From the IMG/VR virus record IMGVR_UViG_2690316285_000010: 41,117 bases of DNA, one strand, 5' to 3'. The position numbers were made by a program, and so were the translations under genes. Under the pieces are notes generated by a model. It saw only the letters and a program-made list of their open reading frames with translations, was not told where the DNA came from and did not search any database. Shown piece after piece: positions 7,923 through 17,484 of the stretch (position 1 is its first letter; every line of letters begins with the position of its first letter). This DNA comes from a virus (taxonomy: Duplodnaviria; Heunggongvirae; Uroviricota; Caudoviricetes).

Positions 7923-10745
7923 ATGACGGCAGAGTACATCAGGGACTGGCAACAACCGCGCCACGCAGTGGGGCGTGAAGGAACGGGGATCCCCGCTCCT
8001 GAATCCGCGCTTTCCTCCTGGCTGGATGCCCACCGGGCAGAGAACGAGCGCCGCCAGGAAATGGCTGATGCGGCGTTCTCCGCCACGCCACTGGGCAACC
8101 TGATTAATAAAAGCCTGGACGCACAGGAAAAACAGGACAAAACCATCACACTGGCAGGAGACGCCAGAAAACAGGCACGCGGCGCGGTGGATGAAGCCAT
8201 GGCCTCGCTGCGCCTGCTGCCGTCCTATCTGCGCGATCCGCTTATTCGCCACCTCTCCTTCCTGCGCAAAAAACAGGAAGCCGATCGCCGGAAAGGCAAA
8301 AAGAGCTGGCAGGCGGAACGCTATGCACGCGGAACCCTGCGCAAAATATTCGAACGTCTGGATCGCACTGACGGACACTGGCTGACACCGGGTTATCGCT
8401 CCCTTGCCGGACGTGAACGCCTGGACGATTTGCTTTACCTGCCGCAACTCAACAAACACCAGATACAGACGCTGGCCACCATGACGGCGGCGATGTTCAG
8501 CAGCACCTTCGAAAAACTCTGCGATGGTTTTGGCGCGACTGATGGCGAGCTGACCATGGATGTAACGCTGAAGGCGTATCAGATGCTGGCCCGCATGGCG
8601 TTACACTTACACGCCATGCCTCCGCATTATGACGCACTGACAACAGACAAAGACCGGAGGCACGAACCGGACACAGAACTGCTGCCGGGCGCAATCCTTC
8701 GCCTGACCTGTGCGGAATGGTGGAAACGCAAACTGTGGCTGTTACGTTGCGAGTGGAGAGAAGAACAACTTCGCGCCGCCTGTCTGGTTTCCAGAAAAAC
8801 ATCGCCCTATCTGAGCCAGGACGCGTTAAGCGAGTTTCGCGCACAGCGCGAGAAAACACGCGATTTCCTGAAAAGTTTCATGCTGGAAAATGAAGACGGG
8901 TTCACGATTGATCTCGAGACGGTGTATTACGCGGGAGTAAGTAACCCGGTTCACCGTAAGGCAGAAATGATGGCCACCATGAAGGGGCTGGAACTTCTGG
9001 CCGAAGCCCGTGGCGACAAAGCGGTGTTTCTGACTGTCACCTGCCCGTCAAAATACCACGCCACAACGGAGAACGGTCATCCGAATCCCAAATGGAACGG
9101 GGCCACAATGCGCGACTCCAGCGATTACCTGGTTAACACGTTTTTTGCGACGGTCCGCAAAAAACTGAACCGCGACGGCCTGCGCTGGTATGGCATCCGC
9201 ACGGCGGAGCCTCACCATGACGGCACCGTGCACTGGCATATGATGGTCTTTGCTCATCCGGAAGAAATCGACACCATTGTGTCCCACACCCGCGATATTG
9301 CCATTCAGGAAGATCGTCACGAGCTGGGCGATGACATAACTCCGCGCTTTAAGGCGGAGTATGTAGACGGCTCAAAAGGCACGCCAACCAGCTACATCGC
9401 CACCTACATCGGGAAAAACCTGGACAGCCGCGCCGTGGATGGCATCGACCCGAAAACGGGCAAGCCACGCGTTGACCACGAAACCGGAAAATCAATGGCC
9501 GAGAGCGTGGAACGCGCCATCGGCTGGGCGCGCCTTCACCGGGTCCGCCAGTTCCAGTTCTTTGGCATCCCCTCCCGCCAGGTATGGCGTGAACTGCGCC
9601 GCCTTGCCAGCCAGATGGCACGCAACCCGGAAGGCCCGCAACGGCTGAAGGATGACGCAATGGATGCGGTTCTTGCCGCCGCTGATGCCGGATGTTTTGC
9701 CACCTACATAGAGAAACAGGGCGGCGTACTTGTTCCACGCAAAGACTACCTGATTCGCACCGCCTACGACCTCGCCGATGAGCTGAACGATTACGGCGAA
9801 CAGAGCGTACAGATTTACGGGATCTGGTCACCACTCATCGGGGAATCCTCCCGTGTGTGCACGCATCCGGATAACTGGAAGCTGGTAAGACGCAAACCGG
9901 AAGCGGAAGACAGCGCCCGCGAAAATGGTTTTGACCTTCAGGGCGGCCCTGCCGCCCCTTGGACTCGTGGCAATAACTGTCCCCGTGTACAGGAAACGGA
10001 CAACAACGGGACAGAACAGCCGGAAGAACGGCCAGCACCGTGGCCGCAGCTCCCTGACGGCGTTGATGTGGATGAATGGATGCGCTCACTGAAACGGCAC
10101 GAACGCCGGGCGCTGATGCGTTCGCTTCGTGACAAACAGGCAAAAAACAGCAGTGATGAAATGCAGAGCTGGACACAGAGCCGCAAACAGCAGCGGCCTT
10201 TGCCTGATAACCACGAATTACTCGCTAAAGAATGGCGGGAGTCTGCTGAATCTCTCGGCCTGCATATCGGTGAACAACAGATGCAGCACCTGTTACGGGG
10301 CGGCAGTCTGTACGTTGACGGCAGCATCATTGCACCGCAGGGATTTGAAATTGTACGCAAACCGGATACCCGCCCGGACAGCCGAATCACGCAGCTCTGG
10401 CAGCGCCTGAGCCGTAATCATGGCGTAAGCAGCACGGAGATCCGCCATAACCCGGTCGCCAGCTATCTGACACAGCTGGGGGCATCAGACCCTGAAGCCG
10501 CCGCACGCCTGGCATCCACACTTCAGCAGGACCAGAACACCATGAAAACACCCGTTACCGTGCTTTCTGACATGCTGCGCGCCATCCGCGACGCAGAGCA
10601 CGCACAGAGAATCAGTGAAACCACTGAACGCGCCCGCCGCAAAGCAGACCTGCTGCGGGGTGGCCTGACCAGTGGAAACAAAAAACAGACAGAAACGGGA
10701 CTCACGAATCCCGTAAATGAGCAAAAAACGCGCAGCGATATATGA
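7923..10745 (+). CDS. A: P2 gpA-like rolling-circle replication initiator (940 aa)
   Basis: HUH-type motif (HWHMMVFAH) and catalytic Tyr region (TPTSYIATYIGKN) typical of P2 A; about 180 residues longer than P2 A as I remember it (761 aa). Confidence 0.8.
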   Translation: MTAEYIRDWQQPRHAVGREGTGIPAPESALSSWLDAHRAENERRQEMADAAFSATPLGNLINKSLDAQEKQDKTITLAGDARKQARGAVDEAMASLRLLPSYLRDPLIRHLSFLRKKQEADRRKGKKSWQAERYARGTLRKIFERLDRTDGHWLTPGYRSLAGRERLDDLLYLPQLNKHQIQTLATMTAAMFSSTFEKLCDGFGATDGELTMDVTLKAYQMLARMALHLHAMPPHYDALTTDKDRRHEPDTELLPGAILRLTCAEWWKRKLWLLRCEWREEQLRAACLVSRKTSPYLSQDALSEFRAQREKTRDFLKSFMLENEDGFTIDLETVYYAGVSNPVHRKAEMMATMKGLELLAEARGDKAVFLTVTCPSKYHATTENGHPNPKWNGATMRDSSDYLVNTFFATVRKKLNRDGLRWYGIRTAEPHHDGTVHWHMMVFAHPEEIDTIVSHTRDIAIQEDRHELGDDITPRFKAEYVDGSKGTPTSYIATYIGKNLDSRAVDGIDPKTGKPRVDHETGKSMAESVERAIGWARLHRVRQFQFFGIPSRQVWRELRRLASQMARNPEGPQRLKDDAMDAVLAAADAGCFATYIEKQGGVLVPRKDYLIRTAYDLADELNDYGEQSVQIYGIWSPLIGESSRVCTHPDNWKLVRRKPEAEDSARENGFDLQGGPAAPWTRGNNCPRVQETDNNGTEQPEERPAPWPQLPDGVDVDEWMRSLKRHERRALMRSLRDKQAKNSSDEMQSWTQSRKQQRPLPDNHELLAKEWRESAESLGLHIGEQQMQHLLRGGSLYVDGSIIAPQGFEIVRKPDTRPDSRITQLWQRLSRNHGVSSTEIRHNPVASYLTQLGASDPEAAARLASTLQQDQNTMKTPVTVLSDMLRAIRDAEHAQRISETTERARRKADLLRGGLTSGNKKQTETGLTNPVNEQKTRSDI

Positions 10746-10790
10746 AGCGCGCACAAAACAGGCAAAAACGGGATTTCAGAATCCCGTAAA
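10693..10790. promoter_or_regulatory. two 25-bp palindromic sites upstream of parM-like gene (candidate parC/operator)
   Basis: AAACGGGActcacgaaTCCCGTAAA at 10693-10717 (inside the 3' end of A) and AAACGGGAtttcagaaTCCCGTAAA at 10766-10790, 73 bp apart; second is 32 bp upstream of the parM-like start. Confidence 0.45.
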
Positions 10791-10821
10791 CGATTAATTA
10801 ATCAACATAAGGAAAAGCGAC

Positions 10822-11781
10822 ATGAAAATTTGTATCGACGACGGCTCCACCAACATCAAGCTGGCATGGACTGAGAACGGCGAACGCCGCAACGCCATCA
10901 GCCCGAACAGCTTCAAGTCGGAATGGTCTGCGCCGTTCGGTGGCATGCAGCCCGCGAACTACATGCTTGATGGCGTGCGCTATGGTTTTGATCCGGTCAG
11001 CGATCGCTTTGTCCAGACAACCGACACGCAATACCAGTACAGCGATGTAAATGTCATTGCCATTCATCACGCGCTGGTCAAATCAGGCATCACGCCACAG
11101 GAGGTGGATGTGGTTGTCACCCTGCCACTGAGCGAGTATTTCGACACAAACGCACAGCCGGACATGGCCAACATCAACCGCAAAAAAGCGAACGTTATGC
11201 GCCCGGTGGAGTACCAGAACGGCGAAGCATTCACTATCCGTAACGTGCGGGTTATGCCTGAATCCATTCCGGCTGGCTTTAAGGCACTGGCTGACATGAG
11301 TCCGTTTGAATCCCTGCTGATTGTGGATTTGGGCGGAACCACGCTGGATGTGGCAAAGGTTCAGGGGCAACTGGCAGGTATCAGCCAGGTGTTTTGCGAT
11401 CCACACGTAGGCGTTTCTCTGATGGCCGATGCCGTACTGTCGGTGATGGCCACTAACGGTATGCGCACCAGTCACCACATCGCCAATACCATTATCGAAC
11501 ATCGCCATGATGAAGCCTGGCTGCGCCAGCACATCCACAATGACGCGCATTACGCCAGCCTGATGGCGGTTATTCGTGAAAAGGAAGAAACACTGAAACA
11601 ACGCGTGATCCGCGCGCTGGCGGGTTTTTCGGGTTACGGGCGGGTGATGGTTGTCGGTGGAGGGGCGGAGATTGTGGCACCCGCTATCCGCGAAGCCTGC
11701 GGAGTTAATGCGACTTTCATCGCGGACGGGGTGCCACAGTTTGCTCTGGTTAATGGGCTGTACGCAATGGACAAGGAGTAA
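10822..11781 (+). CDS. ParM/StbA-like actin-family partition ATPase
   Basis: N-terminus MKICIDDGSTNIKLAW and internal IVDLGGTTLDV, VMVVGGGAE motifs closely follow plasmid R1 ParM (MLVFIDDGSTNIKLQW ...) as remembered; similarity runs full length. Confidence 0.8.
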   Translation: MKICIDDGSTNIKLAWTENGERRNAISPNSFKSEWSAPFGGMQPANYMLDGVRYGFDPVSDRFVQTTDTQYQYSDVNVIAIHHALVKSGITPQEVDVVVTLPLSEYFDTNAQPDMANINRKKANVMRPVEYQNGEAFTIRNVRVMPESIPAGFKALADMSPFESLLIVDLGGTTLDVAKVQGQLAGISQVFCDPHVGVSLMADAVLSVMATNGMRTSHHIANTIIEHRHDEAWLRQHIHNDAHYASLMAVIREKEETLKQRVIRALAGFSGYGRVMVVGGGAEIVAPAIREACGVNATFIADGVPQFALVNGLYAMDKE

Positions 11782-11785
11782 ACCA

Positions 11786-12097
11786 ATGACGACACCAACC
11801 AGACGGATAAGTTTCTATCTGAAGCCTGCGGCCGTCAAGAACGAAAGCGAAGCATGCGCCTGGCTGGGCAGCCTTACACCAGAAGCCCGCAAAAGCGGCC
11901 AACGCGTGGCTTTTCTGGCCGGGCTGGCACTTCTGAAAATGAATCCAGCAGAGGCTTACCGACTGGCTGCATGGGCTGACGATGAGGCGTTATCGGTGAC
12001 ACAAACCAGGACAGAACGCCCCGTGCCACAGCCAGTACCAACCGCACAGATAACCAGTCAGATAGCAGGGAATATCCGGGCATTATTTCCTGAATGA
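11786..12097 (+). CDS. ParR-like partition adaptor/repressor
   Basis: ATG 4 nt after the parM-like stop; N-terminal region (ISFYLKPAAV ... AFLAGLALL ... IRALFP) resembles R1 ParR. ORF-track form 11651-12097 would overlap parM and is rejected. Confidence 0.6.
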   Translation: MTTPTRRISFYLKPAAVKNESEACAWLGSLTPEARKSGQRVAFLAGLALLKMNPAEAYRLAAWADDEALSVTQTRTERPVPQPVPTAQITSQIAGNIRALFPE

Positions 12098-12157
12098 CGA
12101 ATTTGACGGCTTTTAATTTTATCGGGGTGCACTGTCGCCCCGCACGAGGAAAACACG

Positions 12158-12682
12158 ATGAAAAAATACGAATACATGCTAATGAAAGAAGCACTGCGGG
12201 CTGGTCTGGCTCCCTGTCCTGTATCCGTAGAAGCTGTTGTTGGGAACACGATTTTCCGAACGCTGCGAAATCGCGTATCCGTGAAGATGGTTCACCAACC
12301 ACCCAAATCTACCAGCATGATCTATCTGCCGCTGCCCGAGGCTATCAAACTTATGCGTTCGCTGAAATTTGCGATTTGGATGCAGACACAAATCAACAAA
12401 GCGGTGCAAAACACCTTCGTTAAGAGACTAATACCGGAGCTTGCTGCCAGATGTGCAAAATGTACCAGACCCGCACTTCAATTTGATCTGTCATTGATTC
12501 AACAAGCTACGGAGGCAGAACTGTACCGCCTGTCACCTATCCGTGATGCTCACACGGAAGCATCAGAAATGTTCCGGCTCATGTTTCAATTTAATTTTGC
12601 CGTTCGACGCACACGCGTTCAGGTCAATCGCATGATGCAGGAGCAGGAAGAGTTAACACAGTACAAAGGGGGCAGCCAGTGA
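12158..12682 (+). CDS. hypothetical protein (174 aa), cargo between A and cos
   Basis: ORF track; GAGGA RBS; no motif recognised. Confidence 0.5.
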   Translation: MKKYEYMLMKEALRAGLAPCPVSVEAVVGNTIFRTLRNRVSVKMVHQPPKSTSMIYLPLPEAIKLMRSLKFAIWMQTQINKAVQNTFVKRLIPELAARCAKCTRPALQFDLSLIQQATEAELYRLSPIRDAHTEASEMFRLMFQFNFAVRRTRVQVNRMMQEQEELTQYKGGSQ

Positions 12683-12918
12683 GTAATTCAGCACGACTAC
12701 AGCTTGGTTTTTCACCGCTATCAAAAACCATCGTATTGGCAAAAATGCGTGACTTAGGAGACGGAACAAAACGCCGCGTAGGAAATGATCGCGGTCGCGA
12801 TGTAACCAACGAGGCCGCTCAACTCGTTTGGCATCTAGTCATGGCAGAAGGCGGTGAAATTAATTGGGAGCTGGATGATGGTTCTCGTATGATTTTGAGG
12901 GCCGAGAAGAGTAAATAG
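12679..12918 (+). CDS. hypothetical protein (79 aa)
   Basis: ORF track; start overlaps the previous stop, suggesting translational coupling. Confidence 0.45.
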   Translation: MSNSARLQLGFSPLSKTIVLAKMRDLGDGTKRRVGNDRGRDVTNEAAQLVWHLVMAEGGEINWELDDGSRMILRAEKSK

Positions 12919-12932
12919 CTCAAGGGGGATTA

Positions 12933-13118
12933 ATGCTAAATGATGATGAAGAAGAGCTGCTTATGCAGGAATGGTCGCTCGGTGATTATGATAATGGTGA
13001 AAATGGGTGCCCGCATTGTGGCCGTTATCGTTTATGTATCTGCCAGAATGGAAAACACAGATGTGAAAAGTGCAATTGGTCTCCGGAACTTAATGACTAC
13101 GTGCCGATCGAGTGGTAG
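12933..13118 (+). CDS. hypothetical Cys-rich small protein (61 aa)
   Basis: ORF track; CPHCG...CxC...CEKC cysteines suggest a zinc-binding fold. Does not resemble Ogr. Confidence 0.4.
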   Translation: MLNDDEEELLMQEWSLGDYDNGENGCPHCGRYRLCICQNGKHRCEKCNWSPELNDYVPIEW

Positions 13119-13139
13119 AGGTAAGTCACACTAGGTGTT

Positions 13140-13600
13140 TTTTAGTTGATTTTATAAATGCACAATAGTGCACAAATTTGCACAATTTTTTTGAACGACT
13201 TTTTGCCCTTCCGGCCCGCGTGGCGGCTGGATCCGTCAAGGATCCGTGCATGCACAAAAAAACGCGTTTTTTCTGCGCGCAGGTGACGGGGGAACAGCCC
13301 GCGTTTCAGGGGGTAAATAGCATTCCCTGAACGATGTCGCAGAGATACAACAGAATGGCTGTATTTCTCACGCTGAGCGTGAAAAAGACGTGAGGGCTTT
13401 TGATTTGATGGGGTGAAAGGTAAGGCCGTCAAAATCGCACTGAGACGGCGAGAATATGCAGTCAACGAGGTGGGATTGCGTAAGAGTCTGACTGTCGATG
13501 ATGGCAATCAGCAGGAAAGCGTCGTGAAATTATCTGACTGATACAGGAGCTGGAGAGTCGGGGCATAAATTTTTTATGCCCCGGCGAAGCAGCAGACAAG
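13140..13600. other. non-coding region at the expected position of cos and the packaging site
   Basis: 460 bp without ORFs just beyond the portal gene stop, where cos lies in P2. Contains phased TGCACAA repeats and a GCGTGGCGG stretch at about 13217-13226 that partly resembles the P2/186 cohesive end. Confidence 0.4.
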
Positions 13601-13609
13601 CGAAGCGCG

Positions 13610-14656
13610 TCAGGATGTGGGCTGGGTGTCTAACAGTGCGTAAGGGTTAAAGCGGATCACCTCTTCGCCAAGCCAGTCATTGATGTGCTTCATGGCCTCC
13701 ATGACGGGCATCAGCTCGTTAATTGCGTAAACCCGCGCGGCCTTCTCCACATCACCAAACGCACTTTTTTCGCCCGGCATCGCCCCCATCAGTTGCGGCG
13801 GAACGCGGTGCGCAGCCAGCACATCATCACGGGATGCCGCCTTAACATTCATGAACTCATCCTTTGCGGTGATCTGCTGGAACGGCAAAATTTGCACCCC
13901 CTCTTTGCCCCCGTTGGGCGCATGAATGAGCACGTTTTTAAACGCACCACCACCACGTGCCCCCTGTAGCGTTTCTTTCAGGGAGTCCATGCTTTCGCGG
14001 TTTACCTGCGCTGCACCGATGTAGATGATGCACCCGGCGTGGGATCCGTTGTCGTAGTACAGTTTTCTGAACATGTCCGCCGAATGAGAAAGGCTGGCCG
14101 AGAGTAATGCGCCAAGATATTCCGGCATGCCGTAGATTTCCTGGTTAATATCCGGATTCATCAGGTGGCACACTTTGCCAGGACGAAACTGAAACGCATC
14201 CTTGCCATCCTGCACATACCACCATGATTCAAGATCGCTTCCGCGTCGCATGTATTTCGCCAGGGCGTGCCGTAATTTAAGCGGTTCGCCGAGCATATTG
14301 CTCCGAAGCTCAAGGAATGCGTTACCGAACACAAACCAGTCCAGCGCCAGCGCCGAGAAATCCTGCCGGGAAAGCAGCGGGTGCGGAATATAGCAGCCGA
14401 GCAATACATTGCGCTTAAAGTAAAGCGCAGACTGATGCCAGGACGTTTGCCGGGCAGCTCTTGCCAGACCGTACCAGTCCACCGGGGTTTCATACCACCG
14501 CCCGTTATCAGCACAGTACATATTGTCCAGCAGGTCATGCCCGGTCAGGCGGTAAGGACCATCAAATGTGAATGCACTGAGCGACGATTCTTTCCTGAGC
14601 GCATCAGCGAGATCAATGCGTGAACTCATGCGCACTTTTTTATTTTTTCTGCTCAT
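13610..14656 (-). CDS. Q: portal protein (P2 gpQ-like)
   Basis: 348-aa ORF in the P2 Q position (leftward, next to cos, followed by P); size and sequence consistent with P2 Q. Confidence 0.85.
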   Translation of the reverse strand: MSRKNKKVRMSSRIDLADALRKESSLSAFTFDGPYRLTGHDLLDNMYCADNGRWYETPVDWYGLARAARQTSWHQSALYFKRNVLLGCYIPHPLLSRQDFSALALDWFVFGNAFLELRSNMLGEPLKLRHALAKYMRRGSDLESWWYVQDGKDAFQFRPGKVCHLMNPDINQEIYGMPEYLGALLSASLSHSADMFRKLYYDNGSHAGCIIYIGAAQVNRESMDSLKETLQGARGGGAFKNVLIHAPNGGKEGVQILPFQQITAKDEFMNVKAASRDDVLAAHRVPPQLMGAMPGEKSAFGDVEKAARVYAINELMPVMEAMKHINDWLGEEVIRFNPYALLDTQPTS

Positions 14657-16470
14657 CAGAACTCCATAACCGTGAAACGCTCGTTTTCTCCTTCGCCGCC
14701 AATCGGTTCGTTAATGACAGCAAGCATGGTTGCCCACGCAAGGTCGCCGTGGCTGATCCCCCTCGCGCGGTCCGTTTCGTAAGTGATAAAACCGCCCGGT
14801 GTTTTCACCTTACGCACGGCGTTAAAGGCCGCAACCAGCTCGCGTTCGGCGCGATCGTATTCCCACCGCCCGGCACGCATTATTTGCAGCATTTTCAGTA
14901 CCAGCGACCGTTTTGATGACAGCGTGAAGGTGTAAGGGATGGCGGCGGGAAAAAACCGTTTCACTATCTGATAGACGGCATCCCCGTGCCCGCCCGTCGC
15001 ATCAATGCCGATGTGTTCCACGTTGTAGCGATACGTGAACTCTTCAATAACTCTGGCCTGCTCTTCAAATTCCAGCCCCTGAACGCGTCGCGTCTCCACC
15101 GTTCTGAAACGACCACCAGGAACAGCCGGAGGAACCACCACGGACACAGCGCCGCTGTCGCCGTTACCACTGCTGCCGTTTGCGTCATACCCAATCCATA
15201 CCGGACGATTCCCCATCGGGCGGGGGGCAAAGGGTTTCCAGTCTTTCCAGTCGTCGTATCCGTCAACACCGCAGCCAATCAGGATATTCAGGTTAAATGC
15301 CGATTCCCCTTCGCGGACAAACTCACACATATAGAGATTGCGGAACTCGTCTTCGGTGTTTTCATCACGAATTTCATCAATATCGGTGTGTTTCCAGCCG
15401 TGATTAACCACATCTTCCAGCGTGACAATTTGCCGCCACGTCCGGTCAGGGCAGATAAGCCCGTTATGCAGCGTTTTCCAGTCCACAGAAAAACGCTGGC
15501 GTTTATGCGCGGCCTTTTTCTCGTTCCAGCGGTCGCCGTTCCAGTAGGCGTATGCCTCGTGCGTTTCGGTGGATGGCGTGGAGAAGCAGGTGCGCCGCAG
15601 TCCGCTGAGGGTTGCCATAGCGCCAGCCACCTTGCGCAGTTCAGCAAAGCGACTGACCCAGAAAAATTCATCAAAATAAAAATTGCCCGTGTAAGATTGC
15701 GCCGTCGCAGCAGAAGTGCCGAGAAAATGCATCTCTGCGCCGTTGGAGAGGATGATTTTATCGCCCCCTTTCAGCTCCACATCGACTTCAGCCGCGGCCT
15801 TCTGAATAATGCTTTTAAACTGGAACGCCTGACGACGCGACGCAGACAAAAAAATCTGGTTACGCTGGTAAGGTTGTGCCACATCGTCACGCAGCGCCAT
15901 CAGCAGTGCTTCCTGTGCAAAATACCAGGTCGCCCCAATCTGTCGGGATTTCAGGATCATCCTGTTACGTATCCCGGCTTCNNNNNNNNNNNNNNNNNNN
16001 NCCGGCTTCCCTGCAAAGCGTCAGGGAGTCAAACCAGCCCCGCTGATGCCACTCCAGCCTGCTGATGATTTTTTCCCGCAGTGCGGCAATCTGTTCCGGC
16101 GTGAAATGATTTTTGAGTTTTTTCGCCCGGCCTTTCTTTCCTGTGGCCGTCGCATCCGGCTGGCCATCATGCAGTTTTTTAAGCTGCCGGGNNNNNNNNN
16201 NNNNNNNNNNNNNNNNNGCTGCCGGGTCAGCAGGTCTATTTCCTTAAAGTCACCACCTGTTTTATTCTGTTTTTCAGTAAGCTGGATGAGGCGCGCATCG
16301 ATGGACTGCGTGACACGCTGCACGGGTGGCGTTTCATCCCACTGGTCGCGTTTTTTCCACGCATAAATCGTGTTCGGGTTTATTCCCATCAGACGTGATA
16401 TTTCTGCGGGCGGATAACCCTGCCAGTAAAGTTGCCGCGCACGCTGGCGCACAAAAGCGTCCTGAATCAT
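14656..16470 (-). CDS. P: terminase large subunit (P2 gpP-like), interrupted by two N-runs
   Basis: ORF 14656-15960 matches the nuclease half of P2 P, ORF 16021-16470 the N-terminus. N-runs 15982-16001 and 16192-16217 are flanked by duplicated 9-bp sequences; removing the duplication restores frame (RQ / RQLKKLHDGQPDATAT). Confidence 0.8.
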
Positions 16471-16624
16471 TGCTCCCCCTGAGTAATTACAGGAAGATTA
16501 CCCGCGCGCGAAACCGTTCTCCTTAACCCCCTGTTCTGGCCGTTTTCTTACAACAAAAGCCCTTTGTATCAGCCTGTTACGCTTTGCCATCATGACTGAA
16601 GAACCAGTCAGAGGGGCAAAAACT

Positions 16625-17461
16625 ATGGCTAATGAAAAAAAGACATCCCGCAAAAAGTTTCGCGTGGCTGTCTCCGGATCAACTGTTGATGGCCGTGAAA
16701 TCAGTCCGGTGCATCTGCGTGAAGCCGCCGAGAACTTCAACCCGGATGTTTACGCTGCCCGCGTGAACGTTGAGCACTATCTCTCGCCATGCCCGTCAAG
16801 CGAATTTTCCGCAATGGGCGATGTCACCGCACTGAGTACGGAAGACATTACGGAAGGTCCGCTGGCCGGACGTACTGCGCTGTATGCAGAAATCGAACCG
16901 ACCGAGCGCATGAAGCAGCTTGTCGCGGACGGCAAGAAAATCTATTCCAGTATCGAACTGCACCCGCAGTTCTCCGTTAACGGGCGCGCCTATCTGGTCG
17001 GGCTGGCGATGACCGACACCCCGGCAAGCCTGGGCACTGAGCGCCTGAAATTCACGGCACAGCAACGTCAGGCGGTGATGACGTTCAACAGTATCCAGGG
17101 TGAAGCACCGCTTATCTCCGAAGCCATCGAGTCTGAAATCATCGAAATGGCAGAACAACGCCAGGAAGAAGGCACCCAGTGGTTTAACCGCGTAATGGGG
17201 ATTATTGGTCGTGGCCGCAAAGCGGATGACGCCAGTTTCTCCCGTATTCAGGAAGCGGTGGAAAGCGTCGCAACGTCACAGGCCGACATTATCGACCGTT
17301 TTAATGCGCTGGAAACACGCCATCAGCAGGACAGCCAGAAAATCACTTTACTGACCACGGAGCTGACAGCACTGAAGGAAAAACTGCGCACGCAGGACGG
17401 CGATCCGCAGAACCGGTTCACCGCAACGGGCGCAGCCTCCGACCAGCTGGCTGACTTCTGA
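16625..17461 (+). CDS. O: capsid scaffolding protein (P2 gpO-like)
   Basis: Start at MANEKK aligns with the P2 O N-terminus; divergent from P as in P2. Confidence 0.85.
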   Translation: MANEKKTSRKKFRVAVSGSTVDGREISPVHLREAAENFNPDVYAARVNVEHYLSPCPSSEFSAMGDVTALSTEDITEGPLAGRTALYAEIEPTERMKQLVADGKKIYSSIELHPQFSVNGRAYLVGLAMTDTPASLGTERLKFTAQQRQAVMTFNSIQGEAPLISEAIESEIIEMAEQRQEEGTQWFNRVMGIIGRGRKADDASFSRIQEAVESVATSQADIIDRFNALETRHQQDSQKITLLTTELTALKEKLRTQDGDPQNRFTATGAASDQLADF

Positions 17462-17484
17462 TAAGACAAAGGAGCAAATTTTTT

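Noticed and set aside
7386-10390. Long antisense ORFs (7386-8459, 9349-9834, 9938-10390 and others) within gene A
   Set aside because: They overlap a well-supported replication initiator on the opposite strand and show no recognisable motifs; typical antisense open frames in GC-rich coding DNA.
11651-12097. 148-aa form of the ParR-like ORF
   Set aside because: It overlaps the last 130 nt of the parM-like gene in another frame; the ATG at 11786 gives a ParR-sized protein.
16046-16366. Apparent frameshift in the terminase large subunit (ORF 16021-16470 reading PGSLKNCMMAS...)
   Set aside because: The frame change coincides exactly with N-run 16192-16217 and its duplicated 9-bp flanks; it is a scaffold artefact, not a pseudogene.
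16498-16624. Late promoters between the divergent P and O genes
   Set aside because: Late promoters are expected here, and TGT...ACA-like elements are present, but spacing does not match the TGT-N12-ACA pattern I remember for P2 late promoters well enough to call coordinates.
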